Origin: Bilabrum cf. latius | Taxonomy: Eukaryota | Direction of reading: 5' to 3' | DNA: 64,000 nt | NCBI GenBank assembly: GCA_965178125.1 | Contig: OZ237776.1 | Location: forward strand, 124,001-188,000 | Shown: positions 26,501 through 39,898 of the stretch, one piece after another | Position numbering within the stretch: position 1 is the stretch's first letter | How the letters are laid out: every line of letters begins with the position of its first letter | Position numbers and translations under genes: made by a program | The notes under the pieces: generated by a model | Databases searched by the model: none | Told to the model about the DNA's origin: nothing | The model's input: only the letters and a program-made list of their open reading frames with translations

Positions 26501-29500
26501 AGGTTGCGATGCATGCGGTGCGGGAGGCAAAGTCCGTCGCTCGTTCTATGGGTTTCGATCCGAGCACCGGCTCCGCTTCGGCCCGACGCCTTGCCATGAT
26601 GGGTCCCGGCACTCACTAGTTCCCGCCCCCAGCAGCCGACGATGATGCCACGGCCGCCGAGGCCATGCCCCTGTATCGCCTGGAACTCCACGGAGGCCTC
26701 AGGGCTACGGGTGCATCGCACGGTGGTGCTACTAGTGGTGCAGGCCCCCATGCGCCCGAAGAGGACGGCGCCCCTGAGAAACCGTCCACCGGTGGATTCG
26801 TGCTGGCGTACGAGGGCCGTTTCCCCAGCTGCGTGCTGTCAGGGCTGGCGCCGGGCAGGAGGTACGCCTACCGGATCAGAAGGAGTGTGACGAGTGCGAT
26901 GGGGGTGCGAGAGGCTGGGGGTAGTCGCGATGATGCTTTGGCCAGTGAACTTTCCATGGGCTCCCAGGGCGAGTTCGCCCGCGGCTCGAGCGGCGGCGGA
27001 CTCGCGGGCCTTGATCCGTTCAGGGAATCCGTCTCGTTCGGAGATCGTCGTCACATCGTGGTTAGACCGGACGGTGGTCCCAAGGGTGCATCGCACGGTG
27101 GTGATGACCCAGGGTTTGGGTGGGCAGAGCGGCCCGGTCCGGGTGCATCGCACGGTAGCAGCCTCCAGCCGGTAGCGTCCCAAGCAGCGCCGCTTGCCCT
27201 AAGCCGCGGAGGTTCCACTCGTCACACCGCATCGGACCCAGGAGCAAAGGCCGTGGAATCATTCGGATGTCCCTGGACCTACGGAACCACCTGCACGCTG
27301 CCTCTGGCGCCGCGCAATTTGCGGATCCGCCGATGGGAGAGCACCAGGGGCAGGTGTTGGGCCAACGTCGAGTGGGCCGCGGAATCCTCCCGGACATATC
27401 GCGGATCGTTCCGCGGAATTCCCGCCGCGGGTTCGTACGTGCTTCAGGCACGACTGCTGCCCTGGGGGGTCGGCGACGACGGCGCCGCGCATTCTGGTAT
27501 CGGTTCCGCCAACCAGGTAGATCTGCCACTAGAGCGCCCGTCTGCGGAGTAGGGCAGTGGCGCGTCGGTGGAGATGCGCGGCGCCGCGAGCACCGGTGCG
27601 TTTGCGTGGGAGTTGCGGAACCTCCTGGAGGAAGACGCGTGCGCGGCGGGATGGAGCACCGTGTATTGCGGAACCAAGCGCGGCGCCGGCCTGGGCTGGT
27701 TCCTGCCGGGGCAGCGCGTCGGGCTGCGGGTGTGCGGGCTGACGGCAGACGACCGGCTGGGCCCCTGGGAAACCGGAACCATCGTCGTAGTTCCGCTTCC
27801 CACGCCCGCGGCGCCGCGACTGGTCAGGTCAGGGCCTAGGAGCGTTCACCTCAGGTGGGACCCGCTCGCGGGATCGAACCCCGGTGGCCGGTTCGGCTCC
27901 GGCTGGGAGATCCGCAGGAGGGTGCATTGCCTGCCACCGCGCGGCGCCGCGTCCAACCGAGCGACAGCGGAACCGGCGCCGCGCAGGCTAGTCCCGGATC
28001 CGCTTCCCGAGCCCAGGCCGGCCGTTGCTGCACCGCCTCAGGTGGCCCCGTCACCGGTCGCAACCCCCAGGCCAGCCAAACCGGAATTCCCACCGTCGGC
28101 GTGGTACCCTGTGTACGATCCCCGGGAGGGCCAGCAGCGCTTTTTCTTTTTTCAGCCGTCTTCCGGTGTGTCGGTCTGGGACCCGACGCCCCTTGCGTTG
28201 GGATCGAGGGGATAGGCCAGGGCGGATCAGGCGAGGGTCGCGTTTGGCGCCGCGGGTGCGGAACCAACGGGCGTTGTCGTTGTGCCGAGGCACCACCGGT
28301 GGATTCTGGTGTGGTATCCGGAGCGGAAACAGGCATTTGCCTTTGACCAGGTGTCCAAAGCAGCTCACTGGGATCTTCCCCGTGGGGCGGGCGTGGCCCC
28401 GGAACGGCTCGGCATTTTTTCGGAAGAGATGCCCTTGGCCCACCGGCCTGACTCCTCCGGGAATCGATCCCGGGAGACCGCGGGAAAGCAGTCGAGCGAG
28501 ATTGGCTCTGCCGGAACCATGCAGCAGCTGCTGCGGCTGGACGGATCCACGGATTGCTCGACTCTTGCCCCGTCCTCCTCCTCCTCGACCTCGCCTTCAA
28601 CTGCCGGTGCTGCTGCAGGTGACGAGGACCAGGACCCGGTGGCCGGTGCGGACGATTCAGGTGTGGCGAGTGAGGCCATGGAGGCCCAGGAGGCCAAAAT
28701 GCGGCACTACAGGGAAGTTGGCACTCGTCATCATCGACAAGGTGGTCACGGCGTTGCGGGAGTGCAGGATGAAAAAGCCGCGGCCTCGAGCAGCAGACCA
28801 GCCCCTGCCCCTGCCCCTGCGTCGCCTTCTTCGGCTGCTGCTGATGATGATGATGACGAAGCGCGCGACACCGGGGAAGAGAGAGGCCGTCCCGGGGCGG
28901 CGTGGACTGTGACGAGTGTGCGCAGGGTGGACTCCTACCGGAAATCCTCCGCAGGTGGCGATGCCGGCCGGGCCACCGCGGAGCCCCGCACTCGTCACTA
29001 CTTGCACCCGGAGTACCGCTGGATCCTCACGGCGGAGCCGGTCGACAACCCGGAGCCGAAATCATCGACTCAGTCGGCATCCGCGTCAGCAGCAGCGACC
29101 CAGCCCGAGAATAGGGAAAGGAGAAGCAGCCGGGTGGTCGTGTACCGGGGCACCGGCAGCGAGTGCGTGGTGGAGGGGTTGCAACCGTTCGTGAGGTATG
29201 CCTTCCGGTTGCAACTTGAGGAGCAGCGACACGGGGTGAGGTCCAAGGCTGCGGAACCGGCCCTGGTGTGCTGCGCGGCGCCGGAAGCTCCACGGGGGTT
29301 GCGGGTGGTGCGCGTGTCGGCTGGTGCTGGCAGCAGCCTCGGCGGACCCACTCGTCACACCGCTGCTCTGCAGTGGAGTGCACCCGCAGGCCCTGGCCCC
29401 GGGGCCAGCTGGCCATCACGGTGGTGGTGGACCCCGCACTACGGGGTCGAGGTGGCAGAGGTTCGTGAAGGTTCCATGGCCGCCGAGGAGGTGCGACGAG

Positions 29501-30087
29501 CAGCGAGGGACTGGGTAAACGCGGCTCTGATGATAGGCGACGGTCCTTCTTCTGGTGTGACGAGTGCGGTCCCGGGCGCAAGAGCCGGAGCGTTAGATCG
29601 TCTTGAAAGCGCGTGTGGCGGCTTGTCCTGGCGCCGCGCATACTGCGGAACCTCTCCAAGGTGCGTGGTGACGAATCTGCGGCCGGGCGAGCTGGTCTTG
29701 TTCCGGGTCGTCACCCGGGGCGTGCTGGAGTGCGGACACAGGAGCAGCCCCTGCGGAACTTCGGCGCCGCGCGAGTGGCTCGGCGAAGGACTGGGCGCTC
29801 TGCAGCAGCGGCAGCAGCAGCAGCAGGGGCAGAGGAAGTGCGATCAGCCAGACGGGGCGCGGCTGGGTGAGGAGCGAGGAGAAGAGAAGGCAGATGCGGA
29901 TGGCCGGGGCGCGCAAGTGATTGCGGGAGTGGGGCTGCGTTTTGCTGCTTCTGCTGCTGCTGGGTCTTCTGCAGACAGAGGCGCGAACAGCAACAGACCA
30001 GTGGACAGAACCGGCATTGTCGTGAGCTCATCGATGCCAGTGCCTCGCTTGGTGGCCTGCAGCACGGCATCTGTGCATTTCGCTTGA
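20536..30087 (+). CDS. Giant (~3100 aa) protein with multiple fibronectin type III repeats and two WW-like domains; predicted introns 20707-20758 and 23718-23941; start uncertain
   Basis: FN3 motifs (YEGRFPSCVLSGLAPGRRYAYRIR, VYRGTGSECVVEGLQPFVRYAFRL, YCGTSPRCVVTNLRPGELVLFRV); WW-like AWYPVYDPREGQQRFFFFQPSSGVSVWDP and RWILVWYPERKQAFAFDQVSKAAHWDLP. About 15 in-frame TAGs and no in-frame TAA/TGA in the exons; ends TGA. Confidence 0.8.
23718..23941 (+). other. Spliceosomal intron (224 nt, phase 1)
   Basis: GTGAGA donor, T-rich tract and TGCGCAG acceptor; removal restores the frame (GDHVN-L-ADDVEW) and removes the TGA at 23852. Confidence 0.75.
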
Positions 30088-30387
30088 ATTGTACGTATGA
30101 CGTATCTGTTAGCACTGTCATATCGCTAGATCTAGCACGGCAGCAGCTGTTGTACGGCCTGCGAGGCTTTCTCGTCACTTGCCATCGTAGTTCGCGTAGC
30201 GCCCACGGATTGCAAATACAGGGCAGCTTGAGATCGGTTACCTGTTGTTAGGATTCTACTCTACGCTTGTCCTTGTCTCATTAATTCATGCCGAGCGTTG
30301 TCTATTGATTGCGACCAAGGCCACCGCCATCATGGCGCGCGACCCTTTGTCTCATTTTCTGCAGCTAGTCAGGCGAATATTAGAATA

Positions 30388-33300
30388 ATGGGCGCTTGTG
30401 GCTCTAACAGCTGCAATGCATCCCAAGTGTCAGTAAACAACGATTTCGACGGGTTCGGCAAGCTGCGAGGTGAGACTTTGGAATTATCAGGTCATGCCGA
30501 CGCAGATTGCCGATACGGCAAAGACAGAGTTATAATAACTTCTAGGGGGCATTTATCGAAATATGAACTTGAGTTGTAGGCCTGCTTGCCCTCATTGTCT
30601 TTCATATTTGAGTTTTCGAGCAGCACAGCTTGCAAAAGGCCACTTTATGCCTGTTGATGCTACCGTTGTCATACAAGTGCTCGCAAACGTCGTAATGGCA
30701 GCGGTTGAGTCGTACAGATGATTTGCAGCACCTAGAAGTTCATTATTACTTGGATTGTCTCTCCACCCTTGGTCTTTTGGATGCTTCAGCCACTTCGACA
30801 CGCCGTAGCTCACGGCTGCCCCATCCTTTCCTAGGCTGTGGGCTCAGCGTGCATGTCTGTGACGGATCTAATAGGATTTAAGCATCGACTGTGCATATTC
30901 TTTCAATCGCAGACTCTTATATGCCGAGTATTGACTCATTTGGGTATTCCGCAAAGGTAAGTGGTTGCGTGTGTGTTTCCACAGTGTTTTGCCGAGAGTT
31001 TGTCGTATCAGAGTCGCATGCGTCCTATAACCTAGGCTGTACTGGTGCCCAGTCATCCATAAGTACCATAGACCGAATCGTTTTGCAATCTCTACTGCTC
31101 GCAGGGTGAAATCGAGTGGAGTGTTGTCAAATCGGTTTCCCGTGTGCAGCTGAACAGCACCGTTTGGGGTGTCTCCGACAGCGGCAGCGCCAAGCACCAT
31201 GACGGTCGCAACAATGCCCCAAGACTTTGTTTAGAGTCATTGGACCCTCTGCAGCAGGTCGATGATCGCGAGCGGCAGCGTCAGCCCTGGCACCACGACG
31301 TCACCGCATATCGGCACTTCATGGACAGTGGACCCTCGCAAAGAGGCAATCAGCACCCGTTTATGTCTGCACGACTAGCAAACAGGCTTCGGATCCGCGA
31401 GCATCGGGCAAGGCACGCGTCGAGTGGGGCAGTGGAGCGAAGGGTACGGCTGAGAGAGCTCAGGGATCGCAGCCATCATGTCCCCGAGTCGCCTCCCCTG
31501 TTGACAGCGGGCAACAATACTTGGGGGCGACACGACTCGAAGAATCCAACCCAGGGGAAACGAACGGATTGCGCAATTCAAGGAATTGCAGCTTGGTGCC
31601 AGCACCAGTCTTCCACTCTCACCGCAGCCGGGGCCGATGCTTGCCACCGTGGACCCTCACACCCGAGCGAGGAGGAGAACAGGAGAGTAAAGGAAGAAAT
31701 CGGGAATGTGTATAGGACTCAGGTGCACTCGAGTGTATCCCATGGGGAGGCATCCGAGAGTGACGATCAGCACGGAGGTCATGGTAGCGGAGCAGGCACG
31801 CCGCGCGACAGTGCAGTGCATTAGAACGAAGCAGCGGGTCACGGTGCCGTGCACCGTTGGAACGCCTCGAGCCATCCGATGCGCGCAGTCGGTGGTGGTG
31901 ACCCGGTTGCAACCCCCCGGACGTCCCGCTCCTCGGGGGAGTCCCCGCGCCTAGAGTCCCGCCTGCGGAGCCTCGACCACACTGGCAGCACCGGAACATG
32001 GTGTGACGAGTGGTCCCCGGACCCCAATCGGGCCGAATAGGACGCCGCGGCAGCCGAAGAGGCAGCGAGGTACTACCAGCTGATGGTGCAAGAGCGGCTC
32101 CAGGAACAGCGGCTGGAGCGGCGCCGTCTGAGGCAGCGCCAGCGCCATGGTCCGGCGCCTGGTTTACAGTGTGACGAGTGCATCGGAGGATCTCCGTGTG
32201 ACGCGTGCGTTGGTCCCAGCACGGGCAGCAGCGAACGTTCGCTGGGTGCGTCCCACCGCACCCCTGCCCGGGCCGGGCTGGGGCTGCTCAGACCCACCAC
32301 CACAGGCACTGGCGAGTACACTGACATAGGCCGTGCGGGGACCGCCACTCGTACGAGTGCATGGAAAACACTGCTCGATTCACAGCTCGACTCAAAGGGC
32401 AATGATAACGACGCGACGAGTGAAACCCCTGGCAATTGCGAGACATGTCGAAGCATCGATTCCGGCCGGGATTGCCGCGTCAGGACGCTTCGGCGACCGG
32501 TCGCGACTTTGAGCGACGAGTTTCGCTCCCCGCGCGATACGGACTCCATTGGTGGTGTGACCAGTGATCGGTATCCCGTCCGGCTGCCTCCCTCGCCCGA
32601 GACGTTTTGCGGCCTGCCCGGCATGCCGGAGGTGACGGAGGTTGCAACCGACAGCAGCTCGGCGGCAGAAGCGGGAGACGATGGCCTTGGTGGCGAGGCT
32701 GAATGTGCTGCTGATGCTGATGATGCTGATGATGCTGATGATGCTGAGCGAGAGGAGCGCGATGAGGGGGAGGAGCGCGATGAGGGGGAGGAGCGCGATG
32801 AGGGGGAGGAGCGCGATGAGGGGGAGGAGCGCGATGAGGGGGAGGAGCGCGATGAGGGGGAGGAGCGCGATGAGGGGGAGGAGCGCGATGAGGGGGAGGA
32901 GCGCGATGAGGGGGAGGAGCGCGATGAGGGGGAGGAGCGCGATGAGGGGGAGGAGCGCGATGAGGAGGAGGAGGAGGGGGCCGACAGGTCAGTGCATGTT
33001 CACGCTACGCATCGGCAAACCCCTTGTGCGTCTTCCTCTTCATCCTTTGCCGACTCAGGTTCGGGCTCGCAAGGGGTGCGCAAATATGTCCGCTCTCAAT
33101 CGCAGTGTGACGAGTGTGCGGAGGGTCAGCTGAGAAGCGTGCGGCACGGCAGCACCGAACTCCCTGGTGCAATGAGCACGCGCGTAATGAGTGCCGTGTG
33201 GCGCCCCCCAACGCCGCCGGTGCCCCAAGCTACGGACACCACCAGCAACAGCAGTAGCAGGAGCAACAGCCGACGCAGACTGAGGCCCGGCAGAGAAGGA

Positions 33301-33588
33301 AGAGAGGGGGGAGGCGGCATCCTGCGCCCGGCGGTCCTTTTAGCGCGATGCAGCAGGAGCCAATCTCGGGGGGAACAGCGGACCGATGGCCGGAGCGGGG
33401 CTTCTGGCTCCGGCAAGTGGCTAGGGTCACTCGTCACACATGGAAGTGCGGGGTCCCGCACGCCCGGATCTGGATCTGTGGTATCCGTTGCGCAATCGTC
33501 ACCTGCGTCAACGACAGCGCCAGCGCCACTGGTAGCAGGGCTGCTGTCGCCCGGGTACCAGAGGAGACAGCCCGGGTCTTCATGGTAA
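30388..33588 (+). CDS. Low-complexity protein with N-terminal MGACGS acylation-type motif; predicted introns 30470-30912 and 30957-31104
   Basis: GTGAGA and GTAAGT donors and CGCAG acceptors join in phase; TAGs at 31822 and 32038; ends TAA. Confidence 0.68.
32752..32967 (+). repeat. Coding 18-bp tandem repeat GAGGAGCGCGATGAGGGG, 11 perfect copies plus 1 variant (EERDEG)
   Basis: Directly visible. Confidence 0.95.
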
Positions 33589-33930
33589 TTGGAGCGGTCA
33601 CAGGCTGGGCACCGATTTAATTGATAGTTACATAGATCTAGATAGGGTAAGCCCGTGCTGGGTGAGTCCGCGGGCTCCTGATCGCATGCCACGGTAAGTG
33701 AGCAGACATTCGCGTATGCTTTAGTTACACTATAAATACTATCTCGTATCGGATGTATGCTTTCATGCTCTGGCTGTGATCCGACCATTTGAACCCGCCG
33801 GAGCCGCACATGATGCCTCACGAAACCGCACGAACCGCCGACGCTTGTCGGCATTAGCAGTTCCCACGGCATCAGAAACGGAAGCTGTGACATCCGGACC
33901 TAACCGATCCTGGGGATCACCCCGGTCAAG

Positions 33931-36213
33931 ATGGGACTATGCGGCAGCTCGAACGTGAGTTCTAGCGAGGATCAAGGCCACTCATAGGACTCCGTGAATC
34001 AGAACCAACGCGGTGAGATTTCTTCCATTAGCTGGAGTAGATCTCGTATGACTTTGTCATTTTCAGTACATCTATAGTAATGGTACACAGCTCGTGTTCA
34101 TTCTAGAGTGTGGCACAGCCTCTTATAGTGTGCCCTGAACGTGATATACTATGTCGCGACAATTGCCGCAAAATGTCATGGCAACATGTACTCTGCCATG
34201 CGCTTCTTGCAACACCCCTAACGCAGGTCAACATCCAATGCCATCAGTTTCTCCGGCAAAAACACAAGAGCAAGTGAGTACACAGACTCTGTCTAGCACT
34301 CTGCTGATTCGTCGCAGATACTTTTCATGGTGCGGTTCTGATATTTGTACAAGTTGAACCAAGCATTTCCTAGCACCAGCTTGTACACATGTGAACCATG
34401 AATGATGAGGCTGTACCATGTTTGACATGCCATGTCACCCTTTTCGGCACAACACAACGAGATGCTCAGATACAGCGCGCAACGCCCGCGCCATTTCCCG
34501 CAGTCTGGGTAGCAGAAATTAAGCAGATGCCGAAACAATCATTCACACGGAATGGTCCCTTCCGAATCTAGATTGCTTCGAACGTTTCATGTCGTCCGGG
34601 AACGGAATTGGCTGCAGCCCCAACTTGATCACCATTCGGTCGCTGCGGCACCGGAGTATTCCATCACCAGCGATGGTCGCGGACGTGCGGGGATGCACTG
34701 CCTTCGCGATATCCGTGCGATAGGCACTCGATAGAGGTCGCTATCAAATGCTTTACGGCGGCAGGGAAGTCCTGGCCGTATTCGAAGCAGAAGCATTCCG
34801 CCGGCGCTCCGTCTACGCACTGGCAGGTCTGCTTATTCCGACGAATTCCAGCACCGACCTCACATTGCCTCGCGGTCCTCCAGTGGGGCCGGTAGTGAGC
34901 TGCGGCGGCATCAAGGTCTAGGTTCTATCCATATTCATGAGATTGCCGGCGGCAACGATCACAATGATGTTGAAGCGACTGCTCGAGGCATTGTCAGCAG
35001 ACCAATGCGAGATCGAGCTGCTGGTGAACCGCACGGACGGGAGCAGCGTCGTAGGTTGGTAAAACAGGCACACCAGCAGTATCCATCTGGCTCTGGTGGG
35101 CTTATGCTTCGCCCGTCCAATCGGTAGGCGAGCAGCTCGACAAGGATGATGAGCAGCGGAGGCGCGAGGCACGAGAAGACTAGCTCTGCGACCAACGAGC
35201 CCCGATATTGGTCTCAAGACCCAGGGAACAAGCTGGACGAAGGAATTATCGGTGCCACCGCCGCCACAAACATGCTATTGGGGCAAGTTGCTTCTCCATC
35301 TGGTCAAGCGTCGTCGGAAGAGGGGCGAGTGATCGGGGCTGCAGCCCCCGCTGGGGCAGGACCAGGACCAGGACCAGGGGCAGGGGCAGGGGCAGGGGCA
35401 GGGGCAGGGGCAGGGGCAGGTATACCCCAGGCAGTTCCGGATAGTGAAGGGCAGGCCCGGCCATCGGTAGAGCCAGCTCCTCCAGGTGCGGTCAACAGGG
35501 AGCTCAGTGCAGCGAATGGCGGGCGTGATCAGCTGGTGGGAGAGTGGGGGGTAGAGGCCGGCAGGACGGGTCTGACCAGGTCTGCCAAGTGCTTGTAGGC
35601 GGATCAGGCAGCGAGTGGATTAGAAGGTCTAGGTTCGGGTTTTGCCGCTGGTGGTGGTGTTCTGGATGGTGATAAGGGGCGGCTCCCTTGGGGCGGCTTC
35701 GCGGCTGTTGGAAGCAATGCCCCTGCCCCTGCCCCTGCCCCTGCCCCTGCCCCTGCCCCTGCCCCTGCCTCTATGACGATGCACCTGAATCGGGGGATGG
35801 GGTGGCAGGTGGAAGCGGCCGTAGCTCAGCTGATGGCTGAAGCCGAGGAACACGAGCACGATGAAACCCGTGCTGCTAGGGTGGAGCTGTGCCATGCCCG
35901 AAGGCACGGTCGGATCCAACTTGAAGGTGGCAGTGGGGCGGGGAACAGCAGGCGGCACTCATCGGACAGCCCTGGCTCATCGGCGTGGGCGACCCAGCTG
36001 TCCGCCTCCACGGTTCACGGCCGTGGGTCATCATCGAGCAGCGGCAGCCGCGCTCTCTACTATCATGGTAGGGGGTGGCGGGCATCGTCGAGTGACAGCG
36101 CGGTGCGTCGTTCTCGCGGCATCGGTGGTATTGGCGGTGACTCTTCGTCTTCCACCCCCCGGGGGATCCTGGCTCCTGGCAGCAAGAGGATCAGCAGCGA
36201 CACCACTGGGTGA
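33931..36213 (+). CDS. Low-complexity protein with N-terminal MGLCGS micro-exon; internal exon structure uncertain
   Basis: ATG GGA CTA TGC GGC AGC TCG AAC followed by GTGAGT donor at 33955; frame open 34426-36213 across TAGs at 34510, 34732, 35125 and 35596. Confidence 0.55.
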
Positions 36214-36349
36214 GTGGGTCGAGTGGTATGCGCGGCATGATTGCGGTATCTTGAGGCGATGTCGGCCGTGTAGGCTTTTCTCTGGGCAGTGGATGCCGGT
36301 ATCCGTTAGCTGCGGAGCCGTTGTCAGCAGATTGAAAACACCAAGACTC

Positions 36350-36456
36350 AGCTGGGGTGGGTCGCTCGTGGTGAGCTGGCAGGCAGCAGTCTCAGGATGA
36401 ACGGTCAAGTTCTGTATCTGCGACCCAACCTTACGACAGTGACATTTGCTTGCTTC
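36350..36456 (+). repeat. Dispersed repeat, direct copy of ~43721-43915 (that copy has an internal insertion)
   Basis: Shared ggggtgggtcgctcgtggtgagctggcaggcagcagtctcagga...gtcaagt and cgaccc.acctt..gacagt. Confidence 0.8.
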
Positions 36457-36662
36457 TGCGGCTACGGGAGCACCGTGAGACGAAGGGGGGCGGGGAGGGG
36501 GGGAGGGGTGCATCCAGGCGTTGGGGGAAATGATGTGGCGGCGGCGCCCTTAACCTTACATCCGTGAATGGCCATTTGTATTCCGATCGCGGGTAGATCA
36601 AGGCAGCCGTATCCTCTTTTTTTTTTGGATAGCCTAGTCCTGACTGTCGGATCGCGGGTGTT

Positions 36663-37095
36663 TGTTGGTGAGGCCAGCAAGGTCTCTAAGATTGAGGTCG
36701 CTCGGTGGGCGCAGGACCCACTCGAGGAGCAGGCTCAGATGCGACGTAGCGATGCGGAGGAGTGCGAGAGAGAGAGAGAGAGAGAGAGAGGGCAGCTAGG
36801 GGGGGGAGGGTAGAGCAAAGGGAGGGGGGGACGACGGTTCACGGTTCACCGGAACGGGGGAGGAAATGGTGGAAGAGAAGATGATCGGTGGGGTCATTGG
36901 GTTGATGAGGCGGATAGGAAGGGGGAGGCACAGGCCGGGCAGGTGTGGGTTGGGCATGTGTGACGAGTGACTCGGATCAGGGGGATCGGATCACCGACCA
37001 CATGCGGATGTGGAAGTTGAGAGGTCACAATTAGACTCGAGCGGCAATCAAGCCGCGTGCTATTCGGGCGCTGAGGGGCAGCGTTCGCCAGTTTT
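36663..37095 (-). repeat. Dispersed ~430-460-bp repeat, copy 1 (inverted relative to 40220-40685)
   Basis: Its reverse complement gives gcccctcagcgcccgaatagcacgcgg...taattgtgacctctcaacttcc...ggcctcaccaac, matching 40237-40683. Confidence 0.85.
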
Positions 37096-37429
37096 CTTCA
37101 ATAATCTCCATAATACATGGACACAAAACGAACCCCGATACCGCTCAACATGCCATGCCAAGCCCGATAGAGGGTTACCGGTACGAGCAGGGCAAAGATC
37201 AAAAAGTATACCCGTATGCCGCAGGGCACTTCTTGTTGCGGTGCAGAACATCCACCCAATCCCACCTCTCATTCCGTGAGATCCCGCAAGTGACAAGGGG
37301 AACAATGTGACTCCTTCCTAGTCGATGAGCGAGCTGGAGCAGCGCGGCCCCGCTCTCGTCAGCTGCCTCCACGCACGTGAGGCCCCACTGGCAGCCATAG
37401 TGGGATGGTTACGACGAGAATCATTCAAA

Positions 37430-39898
37430 TCAGAACGGCAGGCGCATCTGACCAAGAACGGCCGGGTCTCCGGTCTTGACCAGTCCCAGGATTCCATGAG
37501 GCTTCTCCGTCTCGTTGAGCGGGTTGCTCAGCAAAACCGCTTCTACGAGTCCGGCCACCGAGGCACTGCTAACTTTGGTGTACGAATCGGCCGTTCCCTC
37601 GCTCTCGACTGCGAGCCAGCGCGCGTACGATCTGCCGGTCATCAGCGCGTCATTGGCGAAGATCTTGTACGTGATAGCACCACCCTTGAAGTAGGGGTGC
37701 AGCTCCACCAGGCCGGCCCCGCGCACCCGCTGGGAGAAGAGGCCCCAAGTGAGCCCAGCGCCATGCATTCCAACCAGCACGCGAGTGCGAAGAGCAGCAA
37801 CAATTTGTTCACGTACAGGAACTCCGACCAAGTCCATCGAGCGCACGGCCAGGTCGGCTGGCAGCCGATCGTAGGATGCTAGGTTGTGCCCCCCCCCAGC
37901 GTGTTGATCCTACCTCTTGACTGCACCGCGGACTCCCTTCCTGCAGGCGGCGGCCACTTCATCTTCATTGGATATCAGGCGTTTAATCTTGTACTTGGGA
38001 GAAGGCCGCCTAGACACGAGCTGTATCTGGGATGCTCGAATGCCCGCTCCGTACGGTGTCTCGAAATCGCGACCATCCCACTCACCTGCGCCACTTGGAT
38101 GCCCAGGGCACATCACGCTGGTCGAGCCTGCTTCCGATCTCCCACTGGGGTTGGAAATCGGGCTCACAGCAAGTGCTGCTGCTGCTACTGCCCTGCCATT
38201 GCGTGCCTCGCACTCGTCCAGTGGGACCAGCCCCATGCCTGCCAGAACGTGTCGCCGGTCTAGATCGAAGGAGCCAGAGATGCCGTGGCACGTGGAAAAC
38301 TAATACGAATCCTACCACGGAATGTTTGCCCATTTCCTCGTGGCGAAGACGGCCTCCCTCATAGGCGGCCTCATCTGCTGCGGCAAGCGAGCCAGTCTGG
38401 CGCCAGCGTACACCCCGGCGCCCCCGATCAGCCGCCACATGTGCTCATAGGGCCCCTCGATGTGTGCATCGGCAAACACAACGACGGTGTCGATAGGGAC
38501 GAGCCGAAGGGCAGCCGCCTGCAGTAGGGCTGCTCGAAACTCGGCGAGGCAGTGCCAGGGGTTCCATTGGGGGGCATAGCAGTCCCGGGAGATGAAGAAG
38601 TACGAGTACCCCTTCGCAACTTTGCTGGTGCCGATTCTGGTGCCGGTGTTGGGGCTACCGGTATGGCTAGCACCTCGGCTGGTCCCTGCGAGAAACATTG
38701 CAGCTTTGTCCAGTGAGCCGGGTGAGCCTGTCTTATCGTGAGCAATCCAGTCCAGTATGCCCTCGGCTCCCTTCTCAAGCTCGGCAGAGATCGCATCGAC
38801 GTCTGGGGGCAAGGTGGCAGCCGCTGTCTGGCTACTGTTCGGTTGCGGTGGTGTGACGATGTCGAGGACAGCAGCCATGGCCGGGTGACCCGGCGGTTCT
38901 TGCAAGGCCTTGTCCACCACAGGCGCGCACAGAGCCTGCCACCGCGGCTGGGGCACTTGCGGCCACTTCTTGTACTGAGCGGAAGGAAGGGTTGGTGCGA
39001 ACTGGCTATCTATCGGCTCCTTCGGGCCAGCGGCGGTGCCCCCGTCATTCCATCTGGAGACGCCTGGATCTCCCGGGGCTGCATCCCACATGGCGTGCAT
39101 GAAGCATACCTTGCCCTTCAGTAACGGGAACTGAGCGCAGCGTTTCTGCACCTGAAGGTCCGGGCCTGAGCACACCACTTCGCCGGGCTCTGCCCAGGCC
39201 TTGGCCTGGTTGTATCCCCAGTCTCTTCTGGCGCACTCCGATGGCGTCCACCGAATCTGCGGCGGTTCCAAAAGCACCGATACGTTCACCATGAACGCGT
39301 CTGCAGGGCGACTGTGATTAAGGAATGGAGATTCTGTGAAAGTGCCATTTGGCAATCGGCCCCGTCCCGACCAGCGAAGCGAGGTGCCCTGACGGCTCGT
39401 CGTTGGATCACCCACTTTCCCACTTCCCAGTGCTGTCCTCGCCTCATGATGGTCCTGACCCCCACTTGCGGTCCAGGATGGCTCTAAATTTGCCCTTTTA
39501 TCAGTGCTACGCTCCACATCTCTGCTTTGAAGATGCTGTGCACGCGATTCTACAGTCTCACCCGTTGCGGGCGCCGCCAACCCAGTCAACGCTGTAGGCT
39601 CATGTCTCCCGCTGTACTCTGCTCGCTCGCGCACTTTCCTTACCTCCAAATTATTTGGAAACGATAAGCTGCGGGTATCTCCTTGTTTGATGGCTGCAGA
39701 CCCCTTGAAGCGATGGTTCCGCGAGTGGACTACAACACCGTTCGGCCTAGCAGGGACCAACCAGCTGCCGTGAAGCTATCGCTCCCCGTTAAATACGTGC
39801 TTATACTGCTAGTACATATTGTGTACGAAAAACATCCATGCAGTAGCCGCCAGCAAGACAAGAAATATCATCCCATTTCGTTTTGATAGGCTTCGCAT
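37430..39898 (-). CDS. Glycosyltransferase family 61 (EOGT/POMGNT2-like, DUF563) type II membrane protein, ~822 aa
   Basis: Signal anchor MIFLVLLAATAWMFFV; NPWHCLAEF; C-terminal PVREQIVAALRTRVLVGMHGAGLTWGLF...LVELHP. Five in-frame TAGs (39809, 39776, 38312, 38300, 37910); ends TGA. The start could be 39931 or further upstream. Confidence 0.82.
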
